64,000 bases of DNA from Candidatus Heimdallarchaeota archaeon (lineage in GTDB: Archaea; Asgardarchaeota; Heimdallarchaeia; Heimdallarchaeales; Heimdallarchaeaceae): contig JAUVXV010000001.1 of NCBI GenBank assembly GCA_030603365.1, positions 192,001-256,000 on the forward strand, read 5' to 3'. Shown in pieces: positions 55,687 to 64,000 of the stretch (within the stretch, counting starts at the first letter, position 1; each line of letters begins with the position of its first letter). A program made the translations under genes and the position numbers. The notes under the pieces are model-generated. The model searched no databases, had not been told where the DNA came from, and saw only the letters and a program-made list of their open reading frames with translations.

Positions 55687-57294
55687 TTATAGTTTTCTCA
55701 GACGTTTTCGTAGATTTGTACTTATACTACTTAAGCCTAGAAATGCGAACAACGTTATTAGTATCGTAATAGATGATCCTTCAGTGTTTTCACCAGTAGT
55801 TTCAGTTATTGTCACACATTCATAATCATAGACAAATGGGTAAGGATCAGTATTGTTGTCTTTTCCGTCTATTTGATACTCTCCTATTCCTTCATGATCG
55901 TTCCAATAATTCCCTTCATCTGTTGCGCTTTCATACCATCTATTGTTGTACCCCTCATCATATGCCTGAGAATAACCATGCTCTGTACCATCTCTGTTGT
56001 TGCAGATGAAGTAATTATGATGAATTTTATTCCAAGTTGACACTTCATAAATATAAATGCCATAGTCAATATTTCTAGTTAGTACATTGTATGAGATTGT
56101 CGAAAAATCTGTTTCTCTTATAATAATTCCATTAATGTTGTTGTTACAGGTATTATTTGAAAGAATAATAGAATTCGCAATCCAAAGACGTATGCCTATA
56201 TCATTGTTATAACATAGATTAATACTTACAGAAGAGATACTTCTAAAAATATCAATTCCATAACTGTTATTAAACACCGAGTTACTCATTACATAGTTTG
56301 ACGTACTCAGAAGTACATCAATACCTGTTTGTATGTTATAACTACAAATGTTTTCAGTTATCATAGAATAGGAATCATCAGTAATATAAAGACCAGTAAA
56401 ACCGAAACTGCAGTTATTTTCTTTAACGGTCATTGTTCTAGAATGCTCAAGTTTAATACCATAATGACTCCTTAGACAAACATTGTTATGGATTACTATA
56501 GTATTAGAGTAAAATGCATAAATTCCATAATATGATTTATTACAGAGATTATTGGAAATGGAACTTGCACTCGAGCTTAGAAAACTTAATCCCCAAACGT
56601 TATTAACTAAAGTATTGTTATTTGCGTCTATTATACTAGAATACAATATATGAATGCCAGAATTGGAATTATTATAACAATAATTTTTGTATATTTGAAA
56701 ATTCATAGTTTCATACAATGCAATCCCAAAATCATTTTCATAACATTCATTATCCCCGATATATCCGTTATCAGAGAAATACACTACTATACCTGAAGCA
56801 CTTCCACCACATTTGTTATTTGATATATTAACATTATCTGTTGAGTAAACATAGATTCCATACCATTCTCTCCCATGACAAACATTATTGTTAATTTCAA
56901 TTGTATCTGAAGTTATATTACTTAGACTTATTGCGGATATTTGTGAAGTAATCACACAATTTTGAATTATGAAGTTTTTTGAGACATTGGTGATAAAAAT
57001 TCCGAATTCCAGATTTGTTTCAATAGTTATATATTGAATAAGATATGGATTTTGTATTGTTCCATTTCCAGAAAATCCATAGAAATCAAAATCTACATCA
57101 TCCATAATTATTATAGGTTCAGTGATGGAATTTTTAATTCTGTTTACGTTACCAAAAGTTTGGTATGGTTCTATTTTATAATTTAATGTCTCATTCGGTA
57201 AAATAATTGATTGATTCATACCAGTTGAAAATAGAATTGTAAAAGTAGAAATGATTAACCAGAAATTAATGAGATAATAGTACTTCTTTCTCAT
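55687..57294 (-). CDS. NosD/CASH parallel beta-helix surface protein
   Basis: Signal peptide, G-GT-QNPY-I, many N-I-NN-C--N--GI repeats, QAYDEG..N.W...GNYW, D-YP, C-terminal TM + basic tail. Confidence 0.88.
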   Translation of the reverse strand: MRKKYYYLINFWLIISTFTILFSTGMNQSIILPNETLNYKIEPYQTFGNVNRIKNSITEPIIIMDDVDFDFYGFSGNGTIQNPYLIQYITIETNLEFGIFITNVSKNFIIQNCVITSQISAISLSNITSDTIEINNNVCHGREWYGIYVYSTDNVNISNNKCGGSASGIVVYFSDNGYIGDNECYENDFGIALYETMNFQIYKNYCYNNSNSGIHILYSSIIDANNNTLVNNVWGLSFLSSSASSISNNLCNKSYYGIYAFYSNTIVIHNNVCLRSHYGIKLEHSRTMTVKENNCSFGFTGLYITDDSYSMITENICSYNIQTGIDVLLSTSNYVMSNSVFNNSYGIDIFRSISSVSINLCYNNDIGIRLWIANSIILSNNTCNNNINGIIIRETDFSTISYNVLTRNIDYGIYIYEVSTWNKIHHNYFICNNRDGTEHGYSQAYDEGYNNRWYESATDEGNYWNDHEGIGEYQIDGKDNNTDPYPFVYDYECVTITETTGENTEGSSITILITLFAFLGLSSISTNLRKRLRKL

Positions 57295-57372
57295 AGGGTA
57301 TCACATAGAATTTTAGGTTTTATAATCTTTTTCAAGATTTTAAAGAAAAAAGAAAATGGTTTGACTTTCATT

Positions 57373-58417
57373 TTACAGCCAATCCGTTGAAAGTGTTTCT
57401 CGCATATTAGCAAATTGATACAAATCGTCAGGACCAATTACAGCAAGTGCATAGTCATAAGTTTCTTCTTTTGCATAATAGAAAGCATCGGTTTCATTAT
57501 AACCTAAGTGCAAACCCTCAAAGAAGAAGTGCGTAAATGCACCGCCCCAAGCTCCTTGGTCACCATCACTTTCATTATATCTCGTCCCATTTACTCCATA
57601 CCATCTTGCTGCTTGTGTAAAATTAGCAGCTGTCGCAGCAAAAAATGGGTCATTTTGATGTTCTGGTTTCTCAAATTCAAGTATGAAATCGCCACTATGA
57701 CATGCTTCAATTAAGAAGATAATGTCTGAAGCTTCTAATTCAGCTAATTTATCTATGAAATCCGCAGCTGTAAAATTAATGTTTTGATTCTCCATAGTTT
57801 GATAATAAAGATAGGAATGCCATTCCCTATTAGGAATAATACCCGTTAATCTATTATCACCATGTGTTATAACATATATGAAAACTAGAGAGAATGAACT
57901 TTCATATGTGTCAAGATCATCTATCGCATCTTCCCAATATGATGCGTTTTCATAGTATAAGACATCTGTAAAACTTTCATTGTAAATTAAATCATCTCTT
58001 AATTCGTCTATAACTGTTCTATTAGCAACATCGGATGCCCATAAAAAAAGAGCAGCTTTACCATAAAGTGTTAAATCTTCTTCATGTTCTGCATTTGTGA
58101 TGAGAACATATTTGCTAGTAAACTTATACCCATCTTTTTCTATGCTTATCGAGTAGAATTTGAGTTTAACTGTAGTCCAAGTGAACTCATAATATCCATT
58201 AGAATCCGTATAATCTGTCCTTTTTGCTGAACCATCTTCTAATAATTGTACTTTCACTCCACTTACTGCTTCAAGTGACCAATTTAAGTAAACTGTTCCA
58301 TTGAAGTCTACTGACCCATAATATAGAGCTGCTTCTGCGTGATTCAAGTTTCCATAAAATGTTGGTACTGCAACTTAATACCAACACTAGTATTACTATT
58401 TTAATGCTTTTTTTCAT
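57373..58417 (-). CDS. Secreted caspase-like (clan CD) cysteine peptidase with carboxypeptidase-regulatory-like domain; signal peptide separated by a 1-nt frameshift near 58375
   Basis: VFIYVITHG and LIEACHSGDF His/Cys dyad, GAFTHFF; TDSNGYYEF...K-GY N-domain. Upstream ATG 58417 gives MKKSIKIVILVLVL, joining VAVPTFYGNLNHAEA only after a frame change. Confidence 0.8.
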
Positions 58418-58423
58418 TATTTT

Positions 58424-58639
58424 TCTACCATCCATAGTAGGTAACTAGCAGACGATTTTTCACTATTTAAAACAAAAGAAAATTAACCGACAAAATAACT
58501 TCTATTTGTAACTTAAGGTAGATTGTAATACAGCACTTTTTCTATAATTCACCTTCTCTGAATTATGGAATACATTTTTTAATAACAGTTAGTTTTATAT
58601 CTTGATGAGTGGGATTGGAATTCTCTACCATCCATAGTA
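58424..58639. repeat. 16-bp direct repeat TCTACCATCCATAGTA at 58424-58439 and 58624-58639
   Basis: Exact copies 200 bp apart, read directly. Confidence 0.9.
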
Positions 58640-58662
58640 AGGGTTCTTATTCCCACCTCATC
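58604..58662 (+). ncRNA. Candidate antisense hairpin sRNA
   Basis: GATGAG-TGGGA/TCCCA-C-CTCATC and GGAATTCT/AGGGTTCT stems (G:U pairs only on + strand) enclosing the repeat; TTTTAATA at 58577-58584. Confidence 0.5.
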
Positions 58663-58743
58663 CTTATAGAATTATCCATTATAACCTTTGAATCTCTCTT
58701 TCCTGTCTGATGGGTCAAAACTAATTGCTCTTTCAATTAGAAG

Positions 58744-60087
58744 CTAGTTAGTTTGTATTTTGACTTTTATCCCTTTCTTAACTAAATTTTTAAAAAAGAT
58801 TCTCTCAAAAACCGGTTCTTCAATTACTCTTCCAAAATTAATGATTAACTTATCTTTGTAGCTTACCATAGCTGTTCCAACTTTATTCACTGGTACTTGT
58901 GCAGGAACGAATTCAAACTCTTCAATATATTTTTCCAGTTCCTCAGGAACCGTTACTTTTCCCAAGTTGGTTAGAACAGTCGAGTATTGAGTTGTACCTA
59001 TCCGAAAATATCCTTTTTGACCAAAAAACTTCTTTACCGCCAAAGGTGTCAAACGCAAGAACATCATGTTTTCATTTGATACGTTCTTGTGAATATAAGT
59101 CATGAAATACTTTGGATTAACTTCCTTCTTCATATAGTGGTGAACTTGCTTAACTATCTCCTCAAAAGAATAATAACCCAATCTGGGGTCGATTCCTGGA
59201 GTTACATAAAGAGAAAAATTTCTCATTGTTTGGGACGAATAAATATTTCGTAGGTTCACTGGAACCATTACTCGAATAGGCCGAATATATTTCCTCCTCA
59301 GTTTTTCTGGAAAATTAAAAACTAATTCATGCAATGATTCAATAAGTATTGCAGCTATATACTCTGTTAGACTTATTTTGAGTTCTTTTGCTTTTTCTAG
59401 TACTTGTTTAACTGATATTATTCCTTTAGTAATATGATATCTGCCAACTTTTATCCTTTTGAAAGGTAGACGGAATGCCTTAACATCTAATTTACGACTT
59501 GTGTTGATTTTCTTATCGAATCTCCTGTATGCATCCTCATATTCCTCTAGAGTTGGGGATTGATCTGGTCTGAATATATCCTTCCAGTCTTTAACTGTGA
59601 CTCCTTTGAGATTAAGATATTCTCCCAATAATGCTTTCAGGAAAGTTATGCCTCCTGTACCATCAGTTAAACAATGATGAAATTCAACAGCAATTCTTCT
59701 TTTGTAAACCTTCACGCGAAAAGGGAATACGCCTTTTTGTGTTATGGGCATGAATTCATTCGGATATTTCGTGTCCCTCATAATCTTCGGATATGACATA
59801 TTAGTTTCCCAAAAATGCCAAAAGAATCCTGTTTTCAGATTAACTCTAAAAAATGGGAAGCGAACTATTATCCGATTAAGAGCTTTCTGTAAAATAGTAA
59901 TATTAACTGGTTCTTTTAGGGTTACTGCTAATCGAAAAACTTGAGGTATTCTTGGAGAAGCAATTAAGCTGAATCCAGTGGCTGCATTTTCTAGTCGATG
60001 CCATTCCTTATCCCTCTCACTCATACCTATTTGTAAATTCTTCTTTGTAGCTAAGGATTGACTAGAGGATGTAGGATTTCCTGTCAC
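58744..60087 (-). CDS. Alcohol acetyltransferase/condensation-domain (HxxxDG) acyltransferase
   Basis: W-RLENAA, VFRL, RFPFF-V-LK-GFFW, FHHCLTDG, VPVNLR, LTNLG. Confidence 0.85.
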   Translation of the reverse strand: MTGNPTSSSQSLATKKNLQIGMSERDKEWHRLENAATGFSLIASPRIPQVFRLAVTLKEPVNITILQKALNRIIVRFPFFRVNLKTGFFWHFWETNMSYPKIMRDTKYPNEFMPITQKGVFPFRVKVYKRRIAVEFHHCLTDGTGGITFLKALLGEYLNLKGVTVKDWKDIFRPDQSPTLEEYEDAYRRFDKKINTSRKLDVKAFRLPFKRIKVGRYHITKGIISVKQVLEKAKELKISLTEYIAAILIESLHELVFNFPEKLRRKYIRPIRVMVPVNLRNIYSSQTMRNFSLYVTPGIDPRLGYYSFEEIVKQVHHYMKKEVNPKYFMTYIHKNVSNENMMFLRLTPLAVKKFFGQKGYFRIGTTQYSTVLTNLGKVTVPEELEKYIEEFEFVPAQVPVNKVGTAMVSYKDKLIINFGRVIEEPVFERIFFKNLVKKGIKVKIQTN

Positions 60088-60108
60088 CTATTTTCAACTC
60101 TTTTTCTT

Positions 60109-60861
60109 CTAAATTCTGAATCTCTTCTTTATCCCAGCAACTTTTTGTAAATCTACAACTCGTGCAATCCTATAATGGACATATAGTAAAAATCCTCCAA
60201 CTAGAGTTAATGGGATAGCTACATAAAGGGACCAGGCCAATACTAATTGACCTGCTAAGAAGCTCGCAATTGTAAGATCAAGACCTAAATTTAGTAAAGC
60301 AATACCAAACATAACATAAGCAGCAGTGTTGAATCCTTTCTTTTTCGATTTCATTGAAATTAATACTACTAGACTGACAATTATTGACGTAAACCCTATA
60401 ATCGGTAAAGCTAATTTATATAACCAATCAAATTTCCAGTTATCAAAGAAATCTATCAATGTTAGGAATACCATTAGAGAAAGAACCTCTCCAGCTACAA
60501 TCAAAATAGGTCTATCTGTTAATAATAATGGAAAGGTTACTAACGCCCAGGCTAGAAACAAAGCAGCCATAGGAAACTTTGCCCAAACTAGTCTTGCGTT
60601 GTGATCAATTGCTATGTTGATGATCATAACTATTAGAAAGGGGACCGCAAGAGAAACACTTACTATCTCCCACGCAACCAATCGCTTTTGTTTTTTATCC
60701 ATTTTAGTTTCTAGTAATGTTTCTTCTTCTTGAGGATAATCTTGAACACCTTCGTCTATTGGTTCTCCCTTTTTGTGTATTGAAGATAAACACAATGGAC
60801 AATTTACCACTGCTGAATCAACTTCAACACCACAATTAATACAGTATGCCATTTCATTCAC
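60109..60861 (-). CDS. Zinc-ribbon + multi-TM protein (DUF6320-like)
   Basis: YCINCGV...CPLC, YP, five to six TM helices, ends KKRFRI; upstream of the acyltransferase as in bacterial pairs. Confidence 0.75.
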   Translation of the reverse strand: MNEMAYCINCGVEVDSAVVNCPLCLSSIHKKGEPIDEGVQDYPQEEETLLETKMDKKQKRLVAWEIVSVSLAVPFLIVMIINIAIDHNARLVWAKFPMAALFLAWALVTFPLLLTDRPILIVAGEVLSLMVFLTLIDFFDNWKFDWLYKLALPIIGFTSIIVSLVVLISMKSKKKGFNTAAYVMFGIALLNLGLDLTIASFLAGQLVLAWSLYVAIPLTLVGGFLLYVHYRIARVVDLQKVAGIKKRFRI

Positions 60862-61030
60862 TAATGCTCATTTTATTCTGATACAATCCAGACAGCTACA
60901 ACTCTTTAAATAATGTTTCCTCGAAACGAAAAGTTGTTAGTATGTTCTCTTTCAATGAACTATTTTTAAACATCCTTCTACATGCAACAGACTGAAAATC
61001 ATACAAAAACAACATAAAGATTTCTGTCTT

Positions 61031-61903
61031 ATGGAAAACTTCATATCTTTTTTTGAGATATTTAGATTAATGTTGATTTCGTCTAATGAATCTCGCTTTG
61101 TACACAAAGTAAGAGCAAAAGTCTCTACTATCGTATTATTATTGATTATAGACGCTCTTGTGTACTATGTTCCTTTTAGGAACGATGTTTATATCGGAGA
61201 TTTGTTTGGGCTATCATTATGGTTGTATTTTGGAGTATTAAATGGATTACTAATTACCCTTGTTTACGTTTTTGTAAGAGGGGAAATAGTATTTGATTTT
61301 TCTTCAAAACAGATTTCTTTTAATGAATTTAAGAAAAGTAATTCTTGGGAGTTTTCTGATCTCTGGGGAATATATCTTTTAGCTTATGATGGAGATTATT
61401 TAATAAGAATAAGAACCCATAGATTACGAACAATAGATGTCAGAATGGAGTTTGAAGAAGCATACAAACTGGTTGATGAATTTGAGAATGTAGGATATCC
61501 TCTTGCAACTATCAGACCAGATCCTCCTAAACGCCTCTCAAATGCATTTCCACTTCTCTTGTCAAAATATGAGAAGAAAAAAATCAAAGAGTTCAATCCG
61601 GAAATACCCGACTGGTACAGAGGAATAACTCTGAAAACAAAACTAATTTCAATTACAATAGCTCCCTTTCTATACGTACTTGGAGCTACTCTAATAATCC
61701 GCATCCCTTATCTTCTTACAGGCCTTACCTCTACAAAGGGAATTGTATCATTTATTTATGGTTTAACAGTTTTCATCTTATTTGATGGGGGATTATACCT
61801 TTTATTTGGAATATCTGTTTTTGTACTAATAGCAAAACAAATTTCCAAGTTTTCTTCCCAACCTCATTCCAAAGAAAATCTTGATGTTTCCAAGGAAGAG
61901 TAA
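61031..61903 (+). CDS. Membrane protein with central soluble (PH-like?) domain
   Basis: 2 TM + beta-rich region + 2 TM. Confidence 0.65.
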   Translation: MENFISFFEIFRLMLISSNESRFVHKVRAKVSTIVLLLIIDALVYYVPFRNDVYIGDLFGLSLWLYFGVLNGLLITLVYVFVRGEIVFDFSSKQISFNEFKKSNSWEFSDLWGIYLLAYDGDYLIRIRTHRLRTIDVRMEFEEAYKLVDEFENVGYPLATIRPDPPKRLSNAFPLLLSKYEKKKIKEFNPEIPDWYRGITLKTKLISITIAPFLYVLGATLIIRIPYLLTGLTSTKGIVSFIYGLTVFILFDGGLYLLFGISVFVLIAKQISKFSSQPHSKENLDVSKEE

Positions 61904-61933
61904 CATTAATTTATAGTATGGATATGTTTTACT

Positions 61934-62488
61934 ATGCATGAATTTTCCGGATTTCTTGGTTCCTGTGCAAGAACATTAGAAAGAAACTCTTCTAGTGAAT
62001 TATATTACCTTCTAACAGAGATTTTGGAGTGCAAAGATGTAGATATATCTCCCATATCATCAATATCTGGTTTAACACTAACCTCTTTCAATGAAAATCC
62101 CTTAGAGATTATTGAACGTATAGAAAAAGAAGTTAAGCAAGACAATTCTGTTTTACAATATACACTGAAGCTTGTTCCTTTACAATACAAAATTCTTTCT
62201 GCTTTGGAAGATTTGAAAGAATGCTCTTCATTCTTTGCAGAAAAACTAAAAGAAGAAGATACTTGGAGAATCAATTTACGTCGTCGTCATTCCAATCTGG
62301 AAAGAGAAGATATCATCACTGCTGTAGCTTCTGAAATTAGCACGGGTAAAGTTAACCTTGAGAATCCAAAATACTATCTTATTGTTGAAGTAGTGGGAAA
62401 GTGGACATATTTAGCACTATCTCCAATTCCAGAGCTAGCACTTTCAGAATACATTACATCAGACGATTTCGATGACTTTAGGTTCTGA
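61934..62488 (+). CDS. Stand-alone THUMP-domain RNA-binding protein (Tan1-like)
   Basis: LKLVPLQ, TWRINLRRR, II-AVA, KVNLENPKYYLIVEVVG. Confidence 0.88.
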   Translation: MHEFSGFLGSCARTLERNSSSELYYLLTEILECKDVDISPISSISGLTLTSFNENPLEIIERIEKEVKQDNSVLQYTLKLVPLQYKILSALEDLKECSSFFAEKLKEEDTWRINLRRRHSNLEREDIITAVASEISTGKVNLENPKYYLIVEVVGKWTYLALSPIPELALSEYITSDDFDDFRF

Positions 62489-62567
62489 GGATTTTATTAT
62501 AAAGTAAAAATAAAAAAATAAGAAAGATTATAACTTTCCTTTAGCTTTTTTAGGTCTCTGGCTAAAT

Positions 62568-62780
62568 TTAAAGGTCTCTTGCGGAAACTGTTTTTCTTCC
62601 ATTTGCTTTAGCTCTGTTAGCTGCTTTCTTAACTAGTACAGCTATTTTTTCGTCTAGAGCTTTAAGAAGATCTCCACCAACCTTATAATCGCCGAGTTCC
62701 TTGACATATTCTCTGATTTTTGATTGAACAATCATCATTTTACTCGCACTTCTGTCGGTTTTTGCCTGCCTTAAGGGCAT
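62568..62780 (-). CDS. Prokaryotic histone with short alpha3 (DUF1931-like/face-to-face type) and N-terminal extension
   Basis: IVQSKIREYVK...VGGD...LDEKI..LV.KA..RAKANGRKTVSARDL; TTTTTAATA box 25 nt upstream of ATG 62780. Confidence 0.88.
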   Translation of the reverse strand: MPLRQAKTDRSASKMMIVQSKIREYVKELGDYKVGGDLLKALDEKIAVLVKKAANRAKANGRKTVSARDL

Positions 62781-63051
62781 GCACGTAAATAACTTGCTTT
62801 CCCCTATTAAAAACCTTTTCGGTAATGTCGAGAAATTTACGTATTACACACCCTCTAATTAAAGAATCCGTTAAAAAAGATTTTTTTACGTCCTAAAACC
62901 GTAAAATTTTCAAGCTAGAAGGTCTTTCGGTCTGAAAGTGCCAAAATTACTTGTTTCTGGCTGTATTATAAAGCTTTAAAAAGTACCTTATAGACCATCG
63001 TAAATTCGCAAAAAAACGAAGAAAATAACGAAAATAGAGCTATTTTTCACC

Positions 63052-64000
63052 CTATAAATTCTCTTTAAGTAAGTCACCTAGCTTTCTTACACCTACATCA
63101 ACCATGTCTTTAGATATGAATGAATACCCTATTCTCATACCACCTGTGATAACCTTCAAGGGTTCAATCCCCCTTACTTCTGGATCATATGAGTGTCCGC
63201 TTGGTGGGTAAAATGCTGATCCTGGAACAACGAGTACTTCATTTGGATGTAGGACTTCTTGATTGAACTTTCTTACATCAAATGTGTAAGCTTTCTCTCC
63301 TTTAGGTTGCCACCAGATGAAAAATCCACCTGTTGGATTTGTAAAATCGCCCTCTGGAAAAGTTTCAACGAGAGCTTTGTAAGCAGCGTCTTTCTGTTCT
63401 TTGTATTTTTGAACTATTATTGGTAACTGTTCGTCTATATATTTTTCATAGTAAATTTCTGCTATTCTTTGCGTTATTGTGGGTGTACATAAATCAATAT
63501 ACCCTTTAGCTTTTTCTGCTTCAGTATGGAGAAAATCAGGCAAGACTGAATAACCTAATCTTAGAGGTGCTGCTTCTTTGGAAGTTGAAGAAGTATAAAT
63601 TACACGCTCATTATCTTTATCTAAGGTTTTCATAGATGGTCTTTTTTCTTCAAATTGCATCTCCTTATAAGCTGAATCTGCAATTACTATAACATCATGT
63701 TGTTCAGCAATGTTGTATAATTGCTCTCTTCTTTTGACTGGAAGTGTGGTTCCTTTTGGATTGTCACTATCCTCAACAACATAGAGAATTTTGACCTTTT
63801 TACCAAATTCTTTCTCTGCTTTAAGTATAGTATCTTCAACATAATCTGGTATTAACCCATCTGCATCAGTTGGTGCAGTAACAACATGGCCTCCTACTTT
63901 AACCACTGTTGTGACAAACCCTAGATATGCTGGAGAAGGAGTAACAACTAAATCACCAGGATTTATCAAGATGTCTAGAGCTATATAGACTGCTTGTTGA
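63052..64000 (-). CDS. PLP-dependent class I/II aminotransferase (5' end beyond window)
   Basis: SQQA at window edge, PGD-VV, P-Y-G, NPKG, D-AY, STSK...RLGY, P-GGFFIW, VPG-AF, MRIGYS. Confidence 0.9.
   Translation of the reverse strand, partial: QQAVYIALDILINPGDLVVTPSPAYLGFVTTVVKVGGHVVTAPTDADGLIPDYVEDTILKAEKEFGKKVKILYVVEDSDNPKGTTLPVKRREQLYNIAEQHDVIVIADSAYKEMQFEEKRPSMKTLDKDNERVIYTSSTSKEAAPLRLGYSVLPDFLHTEAEKAKGYIDLCTPTITQRIAEIYYEKYIDEQLPIIVQKYKEQKDAAYKALVETFPEGDFTNPTGGFFIWWQPKGEKAYTFDVRKFNQEVLHPNEVLVVPGSAFYPPSGHSYDPEVRGIEPLKVITGGMRIGYSFISKDMVDVGVRKLGDLLKENL

Noticed and set aside
55396-58700. Integrated element at the tRNA-Met
   Set aside because: No integrase and no duplicated tRNA end (att site) seen in the window
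799-62274. Remaining short ORFs (about 60-130 aa) in the track nested in or antisense to recognised genes
   Set aside because: They overlap well-supported genes and lack motifs or RBS; treated as shadow ORFs
62820-63050. A/T-tract-rich intergenic region as replication origin or ncRNA
   Set aside because: No ORB-like repeats, cdc6 gene or convincing stems; tracts are expected at this AT content

Overview
A low-GC archaeal genomic window with no CRISPR array, rRNA or recognisable mobile element. The gene content points to an Asgard archaeon, probably Heimdallarchaeia (inference): a UEV/Vps23-like ESCRT-I protein, a longin-like protein, an Asgard-type RING domain, a TrmB-coiled-coil protein and CTERM-anchored surface proteins. 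Much of it is core information processing: TFB, rps6e, rpl15e, rpl37ae, RNase P Rpp30/Pop5, IleRS, ABCE1, the SBDS-Rrp4-Rrp41-Rrp42-Brix-Pcc1 exosome operon, RFC-L and a histone. Mixed in are enzymes of bacterial type (Fpg, EutA, GGT, APH(3'), DDAH, an alcohol-acetyltransferase pair, a radical-SAM/DUF4130 pair). Features absent from the ORF track but read from the sequence: an initiator tRNA-Met with two introns, a box C/D sRNA, a 2x[4Fe-4S] ferredoxin, a 59-aa histone-fold-like micro-ORF, structured leaders on ileS and rpl15e, paired TetR operators and a shared palindromic operator. The best candidates for something undescribed: (i) a hairpin RNA whose loop is antisense to the ribosome-binding region of a divergently transcribed secreted caspase-like protease, (ii) a two-state switch-like element between converging promoters at 52 kb, (iii) a Dna2 nuclease-helicase fused to a RING domain, and (iv) an ileS leader containing a T-box-like sequence. 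All family calls come from motif recognition by eye; no searches or folding programs were run.
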